Source: Lytechinus pictus | Lineage: Eukaryota | Assembly: GCF_037042905.1 (NCBI RefSeq) | Contig: NC_087245.1 | Location: 5,334,001-5,398,000 of the forward strand | Direction of reading: 5' to 3' | DNA length: 64,000 bases | Part shown: piece after piece, positions 13,401 to 25,000 of the stretch | Layout: each line of letters begins with the position of its first letter | Position numbering within the stretch: position 1 is the stretch's first letter | Notes under the pieces: generated by a model | The model's input: only the letters and a program-made list of their open reading frames with translations | What the model was told of the DNA's origin: nothing | Databases searched by the model: none | Translations under genes and position numbers: made by a program

Positions 13401-16400
13401 CAAATTTGAAGAAAAGAGAATTAAAGGAAACCAAGAGAAGACACATCAACAAGAAGGAAAATGACTGATTATAAAAAGAAGAAAAAGAAAAAAAGGATAA
13501 GAGCAACATGAAGCAGAATGGCAAAGATAAGAGCAAGTGATATTAAAGGATTTTTGGCGAATTTCGTGAAATGTTTTAATAAAAATGAAAGTTTTCAAAA
13601 CTTCTGTGGGTCAGCTCGAATTTTGTCCTCCCAGAATGTAAATTGGGTATACTGGTTGCGTATATACTTGTAGAATAATAATTATTTTATTTTGTTACAG
13701 ATTCTTGTATGAAAATATGAAATAAATAATTCATGTATAATAAGAAAAAGGACATGACAACATCAACCCATCTATAACGTATTAATGACGGAAATCATAT
13801 ATCAGTTTTTAAAAAATATTGCCAAACTTTGAAATTCAATAATTCATAATTTCTTCATCATTTTGTTGTAATGTTTTACGCTTTTCTCGTTTAACTTAGC
13901 TATATTGATTTATTTTCAGCCTGTAAGACACCCACCTGAAATTCTCTGACGACTAGATCACACACACGGTCATCCTCGATCTTCAGGATCTTACAAACCT
14001 CGCCTGAGATTTCAACAATGAGGTCACGTGATATATCAGACTGGATTAGGACATCGATGACGGCCACGATTTCCTTGCAGAGATCACAGCCGATGTCGAG
14101 ATGGTAGATAGATGCTGACTCTCGTATGATGTTATCCCTGTTTCATAAAAAAATGGAATCGACTTGTCACTTGTGTTCCTTTCCCAATGTTTAGATATTC
14201 TTTATTTAAATTGGTGTTTCACATTCCGTTCATTATCTTCTTTAATTATTACACATAGTCATCAGGGAACAACAGACTGAATTACCACGATGTATCTCCT
14301 CATTTTTTTATTTAAATTTATTCTGTTTATCGATCTCTTCTCAGCGTATTTTCACTTTCTCGTACAGTATATGAATTTTCTTTCTTTTTGTAATTTTATA
14401 TACTTTCTAAACTTTTCTAGCAATAATCAGTCAAGGATTTGTCGTACGCCATGATCATAATCTTATCCTATATCATTTTAGACAATGAAGAGTTTATCTA
14501 TATCTTGCTTATCGTCATCAATAGCAACAATTATATTATTATAATCACTTACTGTTGTCTTCAACACGATTAGGCCTACATTTTGAGCTCTAATTGATAA
14601 GTAACTTGGTCGGCACAGTTTGTGTGATCGCCACGTATAGCAATTAGTCTTATTTCTAGATAGACTATCCGTTTGGTCTCATATCATACACTGTTTAAAA
14701 AAAAATGATTTTACAGAAAAAAAATAAGATTTTGCAGAAAGCAATAACAGAATCATTCTGTAAATTCATAAAACAGGAAATTTTCTGCAATTTAACAGAA
14801 CAGGTCTGTTTAAAAAGGGGAAAATGGTGTTTTCTTTAAGGAAATTTGTAAGGTTCCATACACCAAATACCAATTTCCTGTAAGATTACGCAATCTGGTA
14901 AGATTTCAGGTGTTCTCGAGACTCTGCTGCAGGAACTTCTTTTTTATTTTAAGGATAAATTTTCTAACAGTGTAGGTACCACTTAGTCTAAAGGCCTCCA
15001 TGATTCGTTGAACTGCTTATGGTCCAAATTTTCATTTGACAAAGTGCGAAAATTTAAGGAGACGATATTGAAATTATACAAGACTGAATGACAGTTAGGT
15101 CAAGTGAGTGTTAGACCAAGTGACGGTTTAACATAAATGGCAATTGGACCAAATGGATCTAGTAGTAGTAGTAGTAGTAGTAATCTCAATAATGTCTCAA
15201 TAATTTCACATCATTTGCTTTGCTTTTAAGCCTGTGTTTTATTGATGATTGTATCTTCTTTTACTTGCCATATACTTTGAGATTACTAAATAGGTTCATT
15301 ATTGCCTATTGTTCCCGCGTTCGTGCGTACGGTCCTGGGGATTGGTATAAATAGACTACGTTATCAGATAATTTCCGCCACTTGATAAAGAGTTGCAGCG
15401 GCACTCGAAAGCTCGTGAACTTGTAATAGTCCAGTCAATCTAGCCAGAATAGGGGGGTAACCCACCACTAATTGCAACACGAGATATTCCACTGAAATGC
15501 TTTCCAGGAAGGTCCCCTAAACAACATACTAAAAGTCCCAAGAAATCCAAGCAGTGGAAATTTATGAAATTTGCATATTATGCAAATTAGCCATGAAAAA
15601 TTAGAAAAAGAAGGGAAATAATCCAAAGATTACAAATGAAATGTCCAAAATAATTTGGTTTGAATGGAAATTCATGATAAATAACTGAATTCAATGTTTT
15701 CAATCAAAAGTGCATAAATTTCTACCTCATTTGCATATTATGCAAATAAGCATCCTTATATGGAAAAAATGTCAAGATATTGTGATTTTTCTCATATAGA
15801 CTACTTGAAAACATTTCATTAATGTTGACATTAATATGCTACTATATCACTAAGCATGAGAATTCATCCCAATGCCTGAAAATTAATTTGCATATTATGC
15901 AAATTAGCCATTAAAAAAAATAGAAAATGAGGAAATTAATCCAAAGATTACAAATTAAATGTCCACAGCAAGTAATTTTGAACATGATGAATAAATAAGT
16001 TCACTGTCTTTATTTAAAATAACTAGCAAATCTGCCTCATTTGCATATTATGCAAATAAGTATCCTTATATGGAAAATGTCAAGAAATCTAGATTTTTAT
16101 CACATTGACTGCAGTAAAAACATTTAAGTTTTTCAAATTAATATGCTGCTATCACTAAGCATTCAAATCTATCCTAATATGATTTATATTCAAGGAAAAA
16201 TACTGGAAATATGTTTTTCGCTTCCTAAGCGTTAGTCTGACAAGATGATGGGATTGGCAAGAACAAAGCACAGTATTTGAATTGGTGTGTAGTTTGTTAG
16301 AGTTGACAACCCTTTCTTATATGGATGGGAACGACTTAGACTTTCTTGAAATTTCACTGCATAAACATGATAAAGGGAGGCCAGGAAAAGCAAACTTATG

Positions 16401-19400
16401 GCAGGTAAGATCTGATGAGTAGTCTCATTAAGAAGTGCAGCAGATATTCCGTCTGGCCTAGTAGCTTCATGCAGGTTGTTTTCTTTAACAATTTCTTCAG
16501 TAGTCTGGCTACAACTGCTTGACTAAACAATATGTTATCTGGCCATATCTGGGTCAGGACTGGGTCCCAGGACTTGTATCGTCATCCTCATCATGATCAG
16601 TGGTGAATACTAAGACTAAAAATCTTTGCTTTCCTTTAATAATGATATTCCAATGTAGTCATAGCTATTGATATTAAGGGCTCCCAACATGCTAATTGTT
16701 ACAGCCTGGATCATTGTCAATCCGGTCAACAAATTATGTATTATAAGCTTGTCTACAAACCCTCTTATGGTCCTCTTTAATGCATTGTAGCAATTCTGAG
16801 CTTTACCTTACTGATGCTTTTGGAGCTCTAAAATGTGCAAGCCTTCCTAGACTTTCTCTAAAACACTTGACATCTTCCGACACAACTTATGTCCATTCCC
16901 TCATTGAGGCAACTTGTGTCGGAAGAAGACATGGTTAACGATGTGTTCTTGTTCAAGTCCTCTTGATTGGCATTCAGTCTCCTATGCTCGACTTGTCGGA
17001 TTTCAGTACAGAGAGTTGTATGATTGTCCAAAGTACATCTGCATGACACTATTAAAGTCAGCATTCCTCCAGAAGAACATCCTTAGTCGTACCATAAAAT
17101 GTTTATTCCTCTGGATAACCTCACAGTATACCCATGAGTAGCACATTGTGGCAAATAAATCTTGGAAGTGGTACACACTGTCTAATCAATGTTGGATGGT
17201 ATTTGATGGTGATGTTAAGGGTGTTCCATTATGTTGTGTCCTCTTGTTGGAAAGGCAATAATCTGGCTTAGTTCTCCATCTGGTTTGTTCATTGTCTCAC
17301 TGAGGAATTTTTGTTTACCATAAATATCAGGAAATTAATATTATTATTTGCATACGACTTACTTAGAAACTATAGCTTTAATATTTGGAGATGGTTGCCA
17401 TAGGAGATTTATCAAAGAGGAGAGAACAGAAAATGGATGCTTCATCATGAAGCAGCAACTGGATTCAGCAAGAACGTCTAATTACGATTTCTGTATCTGA
17501 GAAAGATGCCTATAATGCACTTTAAGCCTTCATCATAAATTTATGAATGGCTTTCATGTCGCTCGTATAGGCAAATGCCCATTGTTACTCTTATTAAGCA
17601 TGCCCAGAGATCTTGTGATCCAAGCAAGTACTCATATTCACCACCAAGACAAGTGATGATGATGATGATGATGGGTTCTTGTAAAGCGTCGGTATACGCC
17701 TCAGCTGGGCGCTCATGGCGCTTGCTCAAAAATAGGAAATATCTCACAAATTTCAATGTCTTCAAACAGTGCTTAGGATCATCATTCAGTTCAAGTACTG
17801 TCCTAGTAATGCTACAATTGAGTTATTCTTGTCTTGGGATAATGTTGGAGTGGGGAACAGAAAGGTCTTCAGGTAAGACTCAAAAGTTGATTGGGTCTCT
17901 GCTCTCCTGATAAATTGGGGAAGGCTATTCCACAGCTTTGGTCCAGAGATGTAGAAGGCTCTGTCACCCCAGGTTGTGTGGCTGAGAGATTCCCTCAGCA
18001 ATGCTTGAGCTGCTGATCTGAGACTGCGTGTTGGTCTATGCTGAGATAAAAGCTCTGAGATGTAGGGTGGAGATTTATCGTTAAGCGCTGTAAATACAAG
18101 GATCCCAAGTTTATAAGCTAATTGGTGTGCTACAAGGACCAAATATTCGAAGCTAATGGGCTTTTATTTGTACGGGTGTGACATCTTGTGCTGATCACTT
18201 GGCAATCCAGGAGTTGCTAGCGTGGACTATACTCGCAAGAAACACAAAGTCTCTACAAAGTCAAGAAGATAGCAAGACTTGGATAGAAATAATGAAACAT
18301 TCAAGCAGTGGGATCCATGTAGAATTGACTCATCATTGTACAATATGAGTGGGGTAACTGCTCGTGACAAAACTCAATATCAACCAAGCAAGAAGTGTAG
18401 GGAAGGTCATCATGGTTAATACACATAATCTACATGGAATTTTAGAGGAAAGTATCACTTATGTGTTTCCTTGAATATTTATAACATGTCGGATGCTTAT
18501 TTGCATAATATGTAAATTACACTTCAGTTATTAAGCTGATTATTAATGTATTTGCCATTCTTAGTGATCAAATCATATTGATCTAGACTGAAATGTTTTC
18601 ATACTGAAATGTTTTCATAACTGTTTTTGTGAGAAAAATCAAAATTTTTGGATTTTTCCATATAAAGATGCTCATATATATGCAAATGAGGTAGATTTAT
18701 TTACGATTTTTTATTTAAAACATAAATAAATTTGTAAAACTTGTCATGGGCTTCAGTTCAATTTGTATTGATTGCACTTGATTTCCAATATTTGGATTAT
18801 TTTCCTTATTTGTAATTTATTATGGCTAATTTGCATAAAATGCAAATTTTGTGATTTTCCCATATGCTTGTATATTTAAGGACTTTTAATATGGTGTTTA
18901 GGAAACCTTCCTGTAAGGTATTGCCATATTCCAATTTCTACTTGCAATTTTTGAGGGATGTATCACCAGTGTGTTTTCTTGAATATTTATAACATGTTAG
19001 ATACTTTTATTTGCATAATATGCAAATTACACTACAGACACTAAGCTGAATACAAATGTATTCAACGTCCTTAGTGATAGCAGCATGTAAATTCCAACAT
19101 TAATGAAATTTTCAAGCAGATAATGAGAGAAAAATCACAATACCTACACATTTTTCCATATAAGGATAGTTATTTGCATATTATGCAAATGAGGTAGATT
19201 TTTTTGCACTTTTGACAAAAAACATTGAATACAGTTATTTATCATGAATTTTTGCTCAAATTAAATTGTTTTGGACACTCAATTTGTAATCTTTGGGCTA
19301 TTTTCCTTATTTTTCTTACTTTTTATGGCTAATTTGCATAATATGCAAATTTCATAAATTTCCACTGCTTGGATTTCTTGGGACTTTTAGTATGTTGTTT

Positions 19401-20030
19401 AGGGGACCTTCCTTGAAAGCATTGCAGTGGAATATCTCGTGTTGCAATTAGTGGTGGGTCAAATCCTATATTGACTGGACTATAAGCTAGTGAACACTTT
19501 TTGCGAGAGTGATCACGAATTTCCTAGAAAGCTAGTGAACACTTTTTGCGAGAGTGATCACGAATTTCCTTGTTGACCATAGTAGATTGCGAGACAAATG
19601 AATACCCTCTAGCGATTACTTTAAGATTGTTCCACATGTATTTATGATTACATTTATGCCTATGTTCTGATTATGATGTTGTATTGTTATGCTATGTACA
19701 TTGTCTTACGGATACATGTGAGACCAACTTATACTGTTGAATGGGATTCCCTGGGTTTTTTTTAATAGGTAAATAATGATTTAGAAAAAAAAAGCTAACT
19801 CACATGTACGCATTAGAATCTTGAAGCTTTATAGTACTTTGGGTAAGAGATGCATTACTGAATTCGACAAGAAGAGGGGCAATCCTGTGAGCGAAGTAAG
19901 TACTAGCCTCCTTCCCGAGCTGATCCTCGTATTTCATTGATGAGATCGGTATGGACTTCGTAGAGCCGATGATCATGACGAAGATACATAGTGGATATAT
20001 AAGATTTAGGTTGATTCCTTTGCTAGCCAT
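925..20030 (-). CDS. SMPD1: Acid sphingomyelinase / sphingomyelin phosphodiesterase (SMPD1-like), multi-exon gene, 613 aa
   Basis: Hand-spliced exons (minus): 20030-19804, 14137-13936, 12296-12132, 10739-10616, 9483-9380, 8967-8798, 8134-8012, 7869-7789, 7227-7063, [6291-6102 OR 6037-5848], 3000-2911, 1950-1856, 1030-925. All introns are GT..AG with matching phases; total 1842 nt. Motifs: hydrophobic signal peptide, saposin-B cysteines, Pro-rich linker, [23 protein letters not shown], GHxH, NPGYR-like, C-terminal CxxxC...C...C. Confidence 0.93.
1856..1950 (-). CDS. SMPD1: SMPD1-like coding exon 12 ([31 protein letters not shown])
   Basis: gtttcag| and AG|GTATGA. Confidence 0.92.
2911..3000 (-). 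CDS. SMPD1: SMPD1-like coding exon 11 ([30 protein letters not shown])
   Basis: aaacag| and AAG|GTATAA; VLDH..Y.LNLT.AN signature. Confidence 0.94.
3175..5315. repeat. Minisatellite of ACACTGAAC/ACACTGTGAAC units with higher-order blocks
   Basis: About 2.1 kb of 9-11-nt variants; a landmark (AAA..AAAGTTGTGAAC..GATTACATTTTGAAC..GTATACGTAC) recurs near 3380, 3630, 4171 and 4702. Confidence 0.97.
5537..5600. repeat. (GGAA)n microsatellite, followed by a ~75-bp G/C-run mini inverted-repeat element (5603-5676)
   Basis: Direct inspection; GGGGCGGATCCAG...CTGGATCCACC. Confidence 0.85.
5848..6037 (-). CDS. SMPD1: SMPD1-like exon 10B (alternative duplicate): [63 protein letters not shown]
   Basis: 190 nt, cattccag| acceptor, TGG|GTACAT donor (same donor as SDR exon 1 in this window), open frame, same phases as 10A. 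Confidence 0.85.
6102..6291 (-). CDS. SMPD1: SMPD1-like exon 10A (alternative): [63 protein letters not shown]
   Basis: 190 nt, cccatag| acceptor, TTG|GTAGGC donor, open frame, GHTH metal motif. Confidence 0.92.
6797..6933. mobile_element. MITE, PIF/Harbinger-like (CWG target)
   Basis: TIRs GGGAGCGTTTCATGAA / TTGATGAAACACTCCC, flanked by CTG on both sides. Confidence 0.7.
7063..7227 (-). CDS. SMPD1: SMPD1-like coding exon 9 ([16 protein letters not shown]...[10 protein letters not shown]...)
   Basis: ttttag| and AG|GTAACA; DP..QLQWL and GHIPP motifs. Confidence 0.95.
7789..7869 (-). CDS. SMPD1: SMPD1-like coding exon 8 ([26 protein letters not shown])
   Basis: ctccag| and TG|GTAATG; GGYY...PGLR..SLN signature. 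Confidence 0.93.
8012..8134 (-). CDS. SMPD1: SMPD1-like coding exon 7 ([24 protein letters not shown]...WLP...)
   Basis: cttccag| and CG|GTAAGA; phase-consistent. Confidence 0.93.
8798..8967 (-). CDS. SMPD1: SMPD1-like coding exon 6 ([16 protein letters not shown]...[12 protein letters not shown])
   Basis: GD and GNHE catalytic motifs; ttttcag| and AG|GTGACA. Confidence 0.96.
9380..9483 (-). CDS. SMPD1: SMPD1-like coding exon 5 ([34 protein letters not shown])
   Basis: AGxWG..CD motif; tag| and AAG|GTATGA. Confidence 0.93.
9577..9921. mobile_element. Non-autonomous hAT-like MITE
   Basis: 8-bp TSD AGCAGGGG (9569-9576, 9922-9929); imperfect TIR CACTAGCGTATCTA / TAGGTACGCCACTG; subterminal G/C runs. 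Confidence 0.8.
9990..10412. repeat. (AGT)n microsatellite
   Basis: Direct inspection. Confidence 0.97.
10616..10739 (-). CDS. SMPD1: SMPD1-like coding exon 4 ([35 protein letters not shown])
   Basis: DxHxD metallophosphoesterase motif; tttctcag| and G|GTAGCT. Confidence 0.95.
10860..11200. repeat. (GAT/GAG)n microsatellite
   Basis: Direct inspection. Confidence 0.93.
12132..12296 (-). CDS. SMPD1: SMPD1-like coding exon 3 (end of saposin B plus Pro-rich linker)
   Basis: [26 protein letters not shown]...[20 protein letters not shown]; cag| and AAG|GTAAGA. Confidence 0.93.
13936..14137 (-). CDS. SMPD1: SMPD1-like coding exon 2 (saposin [10 protein letters not shown]...[21 protein letters not shown])
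   Basis: Acceptor aaacag|, donor CAG|GTGGGT; saposin cysteine spacing. Not in the ORF track. Confidence 0.92.
14689..14972. mobile_element. CACTA/EnSpm-like MITE
   Basis: TA|CACTGTT...AACAGTG|TA termini with 2-bp duplication. Confidence 0.65.
15379..15417 (+). ncRNA. Minimal type-I hammerhead ribozyme motif (U3-A8 variant), Penelope-like relic
   Basis: CAC-TTGATAA-A-GAGT(TGCAGCGGC)ACTC-GAAAG-CTC-GTG: stem I CAC/GTG, stem II GAGT/ACTC, palindromic AGCT stem III. Confidence 0.55.
15427..19482. mobile_element. Degenerate long-TIR (foldback) DNA transposon, Academ-like
   Basis: Termini TAGTCCAGTCAAT...ATTGACTGGACTA, TAA on both flanks (3-bp TSD), inverted arms alignable for at least ~430 bp with internal sub-duplications; no intact ORF. 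Superfamily call rests on TAG termini plus short TSD. Confidence 0.8.
17654..18140 (-). mobile_element. 5'-truncated L2/CR1-group LINE (ORF2 C-terminus, 3' UTR, (ATC)n tail) nested in the foldback element
   Basis: [23 protein letters not shown]...RSLRS...[19 protein letters not shown]....F...LKTFLF is the typical L2-clade ORF2 tail, followed by AAGCGC..GAG..CGCTTTACAAGAA and (ATC)n. Confidence 0.88.
19804..20030 (-). CDS. SMPD1: SMPD1-like coding exon 1 ([28 protein letters not shown]...; signal peptide)
   Basis: ATG at 20030 just after an acceptor (tttatctcag|20044); donor AT|GTGAGT; phase 2 fits the next exon. Confidence 0.8.
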
Positions 20031-20689
20031 GTTGATCCGATATACTGAGATAAACAGAAAATAAATCAATTGAGATATTAATCATATAGGCTAATCAGAT
20101 AGGTAGTGCATGTGGACTACATTTCGAAGGGGGTTGGGGGTACAAGAGGAATTAATTAATTAATCTTATAATTGCCGATGGAATCTAAAATTTCCCAGGA
20201 GAAATAGATTTTGAAAATAAATCGATATAATTATGGTCATACAATTTTGACGAAGTTTAGGGGATAAGTACATGGACAGTTTTTAAAATACATATGACTC
20301 TCTATATGGCCCTATTTGGGACAAGGAAGCATCTAAGGTTAGCATAAAACAGTATAGCGAACAAATGAGAAATGAAAAACGGAAATTTCAAGAAGGAAGC
20401 CCATTTCTATCTAAAATATAATTTTCATACATGAGAGTAAATAATTAGAAATTTGGAGAGAAACGGTATAGAAATTTTAAAACCAAACAAAACCCTTGCT
20501 AACAATATTGCTATTTCAAAAAACGGAAGCGACGCAAGCTGTAGTTACGAAGATGTTATTACATTTCTCTTCTCTTTTCCCCCCAAAGTGATTGAATGTG
20601 AAGCACATCTCTAACTAACAGTACAGCACTGTACATCCAATTAAGATTAATCTGTCACTGAATAGAAAGAGAGAATATACTTCAGTATA

Positions 20690-21530
<841 letters not shown>

Positions 21531-21859
21531 GCCAGAGGAGTTTGTTAAAGGACAAATCCACCTCAACAAAAAGTTGATTCACCTTCCAGCGCCTGACTGA
21601 GATCCGATCTTAGGATGAGATTTTTAGGGCTGACTCGAACCACTGAACATGAATACGGTGATTTGAAGCACAGACACAAAATAACGAGGCTACAACTTAA
21701 ATGCATTTCAACCATGACAGACTAAAAATAGGACCATCTGCCAGTTAACAGGCCCCTGTAACAGGCCACAACAATGTTTCCCTTAAAAGGAAAGAAAAAG
21801 ATACTGTCCATGTATAAAGATCGTAAAATAACTAATCTACAGTATAACAAATAGCCTAC

Positions 21860-22062
21860 CTTCATTTAGAATTAATGTAGGCCTATATAGCCAGTGAATG
21901 TAGTACTTCAGGTGAAAAGGGAAATACTGGTGTATCCCACTTTATAACTTGTCCGGGAAATTTGTGAAATTATGACAGCAGTGTTGTCGAGTGGTTGTAT
22001 CCCGGTTGTATTTTGATTTCATAGAACTATAGACAGCAAGCAATATGACGAGTAGGCGGGGC
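21860..22062 (-). promoter_or_regulatory. Possible non-coding first exon/promoter of the SMPD1-like gene
   Basis: The ATG exon is preceded by an acceptor, so an upstream exon is expected; candidate donor AAG|GTAGGC at 21860/21859 and GC-box-like GGCGGGGC at 22055-22062. No transcript evidence. Confidence 0.3.
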
Positions 22063-25000
22063 AATGCAAACAAACTGAAACCAAAATACAAAGGTATATT
22101 CAGACGATTCTCGTATAAAAGGAAAGGGGATGAGTGATTAAAAGGGAAATATTGCCAATTATGTAAATTTCAATAACTGTCCATTGTCGAAAAGGATCAC
22201 AGTATAATCATAGTTCGACAAAGGAAGAAATACAATTATGATTTATTCTAACAAATTGTACGAAACGAAACAAAGTGGTATACTTCATGACTGATGTAAA
22301 AAATTTCATGGTCAGTGTATATACTCTCATTCTCTGCGTGGAAAATAGCATGGACCATTCCTCCCCCGATTATACTTCCAAGCAATTAGCAAATATCGAA
22401 CAAGAATGATCGCGATCGATGACTCATTAGTAAAAAAAAAATTAATAGGCCCCTGAGTTGTATGATTCTTCTTTGAATCATTTTTTTGAGGGAATATATT
22501 TTCATAGGTCTGCAAAATTAACTGAAAACATTTAATTGCATTTTATGAACAAATGAGATTTACAAAATAAAAGGAGAATAACAACGATAAACAGGAATGA
22601 ACTTCAGAGGAAATATCTAGCGGAATGGACTTTGCTCGGTCATTATGAAATTTATCATTGATACTGAGCCTAAACTTGGCAGTGTATATTATGTACACAC
22701 AAAATCAACACATGATCACATTTTACCTTATCACATGCAAGATAACAGAGTTAAATTTGGAGATAGCGTGCCAATTATACAGGAAATAATCAGAACGATT
22801 CGATGGGTGAACAAACTAATATAGGGCCATGACCTACAGAGTTGCCTGAGAGGTGTACAATAATAACGATAATAATAATAACAACAATAATAATGATTGA
22901 TGATATAAATATTAATGCATTTCGAGGTGGGTTTATCTTTGCTTGGTCGTCATGCACCCCCCCCCCATCCTAAATAATGATCTATGCCTCTCGTATAATC
23001 GGTCAACACGAGATCGAGGGAGGGGGGGGGGGGATATTCGACTCCCGGGATTCGACTGTGCAATCAGATGTGTTACTATGCCAGTGCATAGTATGTAATC
23101 TTTAGTTTGGCACACTCAAGCAATGACCGTACTGTACGCCAACGAGAACGACGAGGGTTGGAACTATAGGTCACAATTCAAAATATTCTGTTATATAATA
23201 TACGTTTGTCCGAAACCTTCCTGTAATTCGAGTTCAAATTTTTATCTAAATATAAATTGAATATATATTACCGGTGCACCGCGGTGTAGTAACAATTTCC
23301 TGACAAAAGCAGATCAATGATAACTCTTCACTAATTCCTTAACTTTTTTTTTTACTATCCCTTTCATCTTCTAAGCCATCTTGTATCACTTTCCATCCTA
23401 TAACCCCTATAACCAAGGAGATATCACTCTTAACACTTTGTGATTCGTTTCATTTTCATTGCCTCATGATAATAATATAGAGTATTTGTAAGCGCCAAAT
23501 CCACATTATGTGCCCAAGGCGCTGCGAAAAGGAAATAAGCGAAAAATTACATGGAGCAGGAAGGGACAAGGATAAAAGAAGCACAGTCATGACAATGAAA
23601 GGAAACTACTGGAAGGCAATTTTAAACATATCAGTGTGTTCATTTTGTCCTCGTTCTCTCCGTCTCGTTCACGTCTTTTTTGTCAACATTTCTTTCAGCT
23701 TGACCCCCCCCCCCCTTTCAAAAATCCTGCGTACGCCACTGGGCGATGATATCTATAAAAAAAATCTAGAGGCGCGGTTTGACCTCAAAAGAGGAAGATA
23801 TTTAATAATCAGAAGGGTCGATGTTGCCCTATTGTTTCACATATACCTGGTATACCGATCCAATCGTTTGCTTCCGAAGTTACTGTTTTAATGAATATAC
23901 GAGCGAGCACAGCGAGAAAGGACAAAATAATATGAAGTTCTTTTTGCAGTTGTCTTTTTATAATCAAAATTTTAGATAGGCCTTTCAATATGCAGAAGGG
24001 ATATTCATTCATTTTCATCAATTTTAGTCTCAAAACTTGAAAGATTGGCTTACTGTCCAAAATAGGACAAGGCATGTAGAGTCCTGTCAATAAAATAGCT
24101 TGTTCAAATTGCTAGATTTGTTATAGTTCTTGATTATACAAATGTATTTTGAACGAAGCGAGCCATTGACAAAAGCAAGCATATTCTTTAGTCATCTAAA
24201 AATACAAAGGAGGCCTGCAACTTCTGAATAATTAGGGAATAACCATAGAGGTATTAATACTCTCGACTCTATGGGAATAGCCAATTGAGATGTATTCTCT
24301 CTATGGGATGATCAGACACTTCGCCCCAATCTACATAGTCATGGGAAATGTTAAATGTTATGATGATTAACATAATGTCGTTTTAATAAGAGTGATCACT
24401 GCCTGATATCAATAAAACAAGCACAGCACAGACAGGACAGAGACCCTGAATTTCTTTTACATGCATGATTTTATATATATATATATATTCGATTATATAT
24501 ATCATTACTCATTGCTTGATTTCTATTCATGATTAATTCATCATAATCAACATTTTCATTGAAACAGAAATGAAATACACGAAGCAATATTTCTTTTGAT
24601 AATATAGACCTTTAATCAACATAAGTTGTTCTGATATGATAAATCATTAATCACAATTTACTAAAATATGAAAACATATCCTGACGAACGTCCCAATCAA
24701 TAGATGAGAAAGATATAATCATAACGATAGAATCAAAATATAAAATGCTAACAAAATCATACCATAAAAGAGTTGAAACTATATACAATGGCTGGAACAT
24801 ACATGTACCTGCAACTTCGCAAGCCCCAACCAAAAATATATTATAAACAGGTACGTTTTTTTTTATTGACTACTCGAATTATTTGGAACGCTCCTACATC
24901 GATGAGGACAGTTACAGATTATGCAGACTCCAGAGAGACTTCATCAAATACTACACTTAATTTGGCAGTTGTTTTACTATTCTTATCATTATTATAATAC

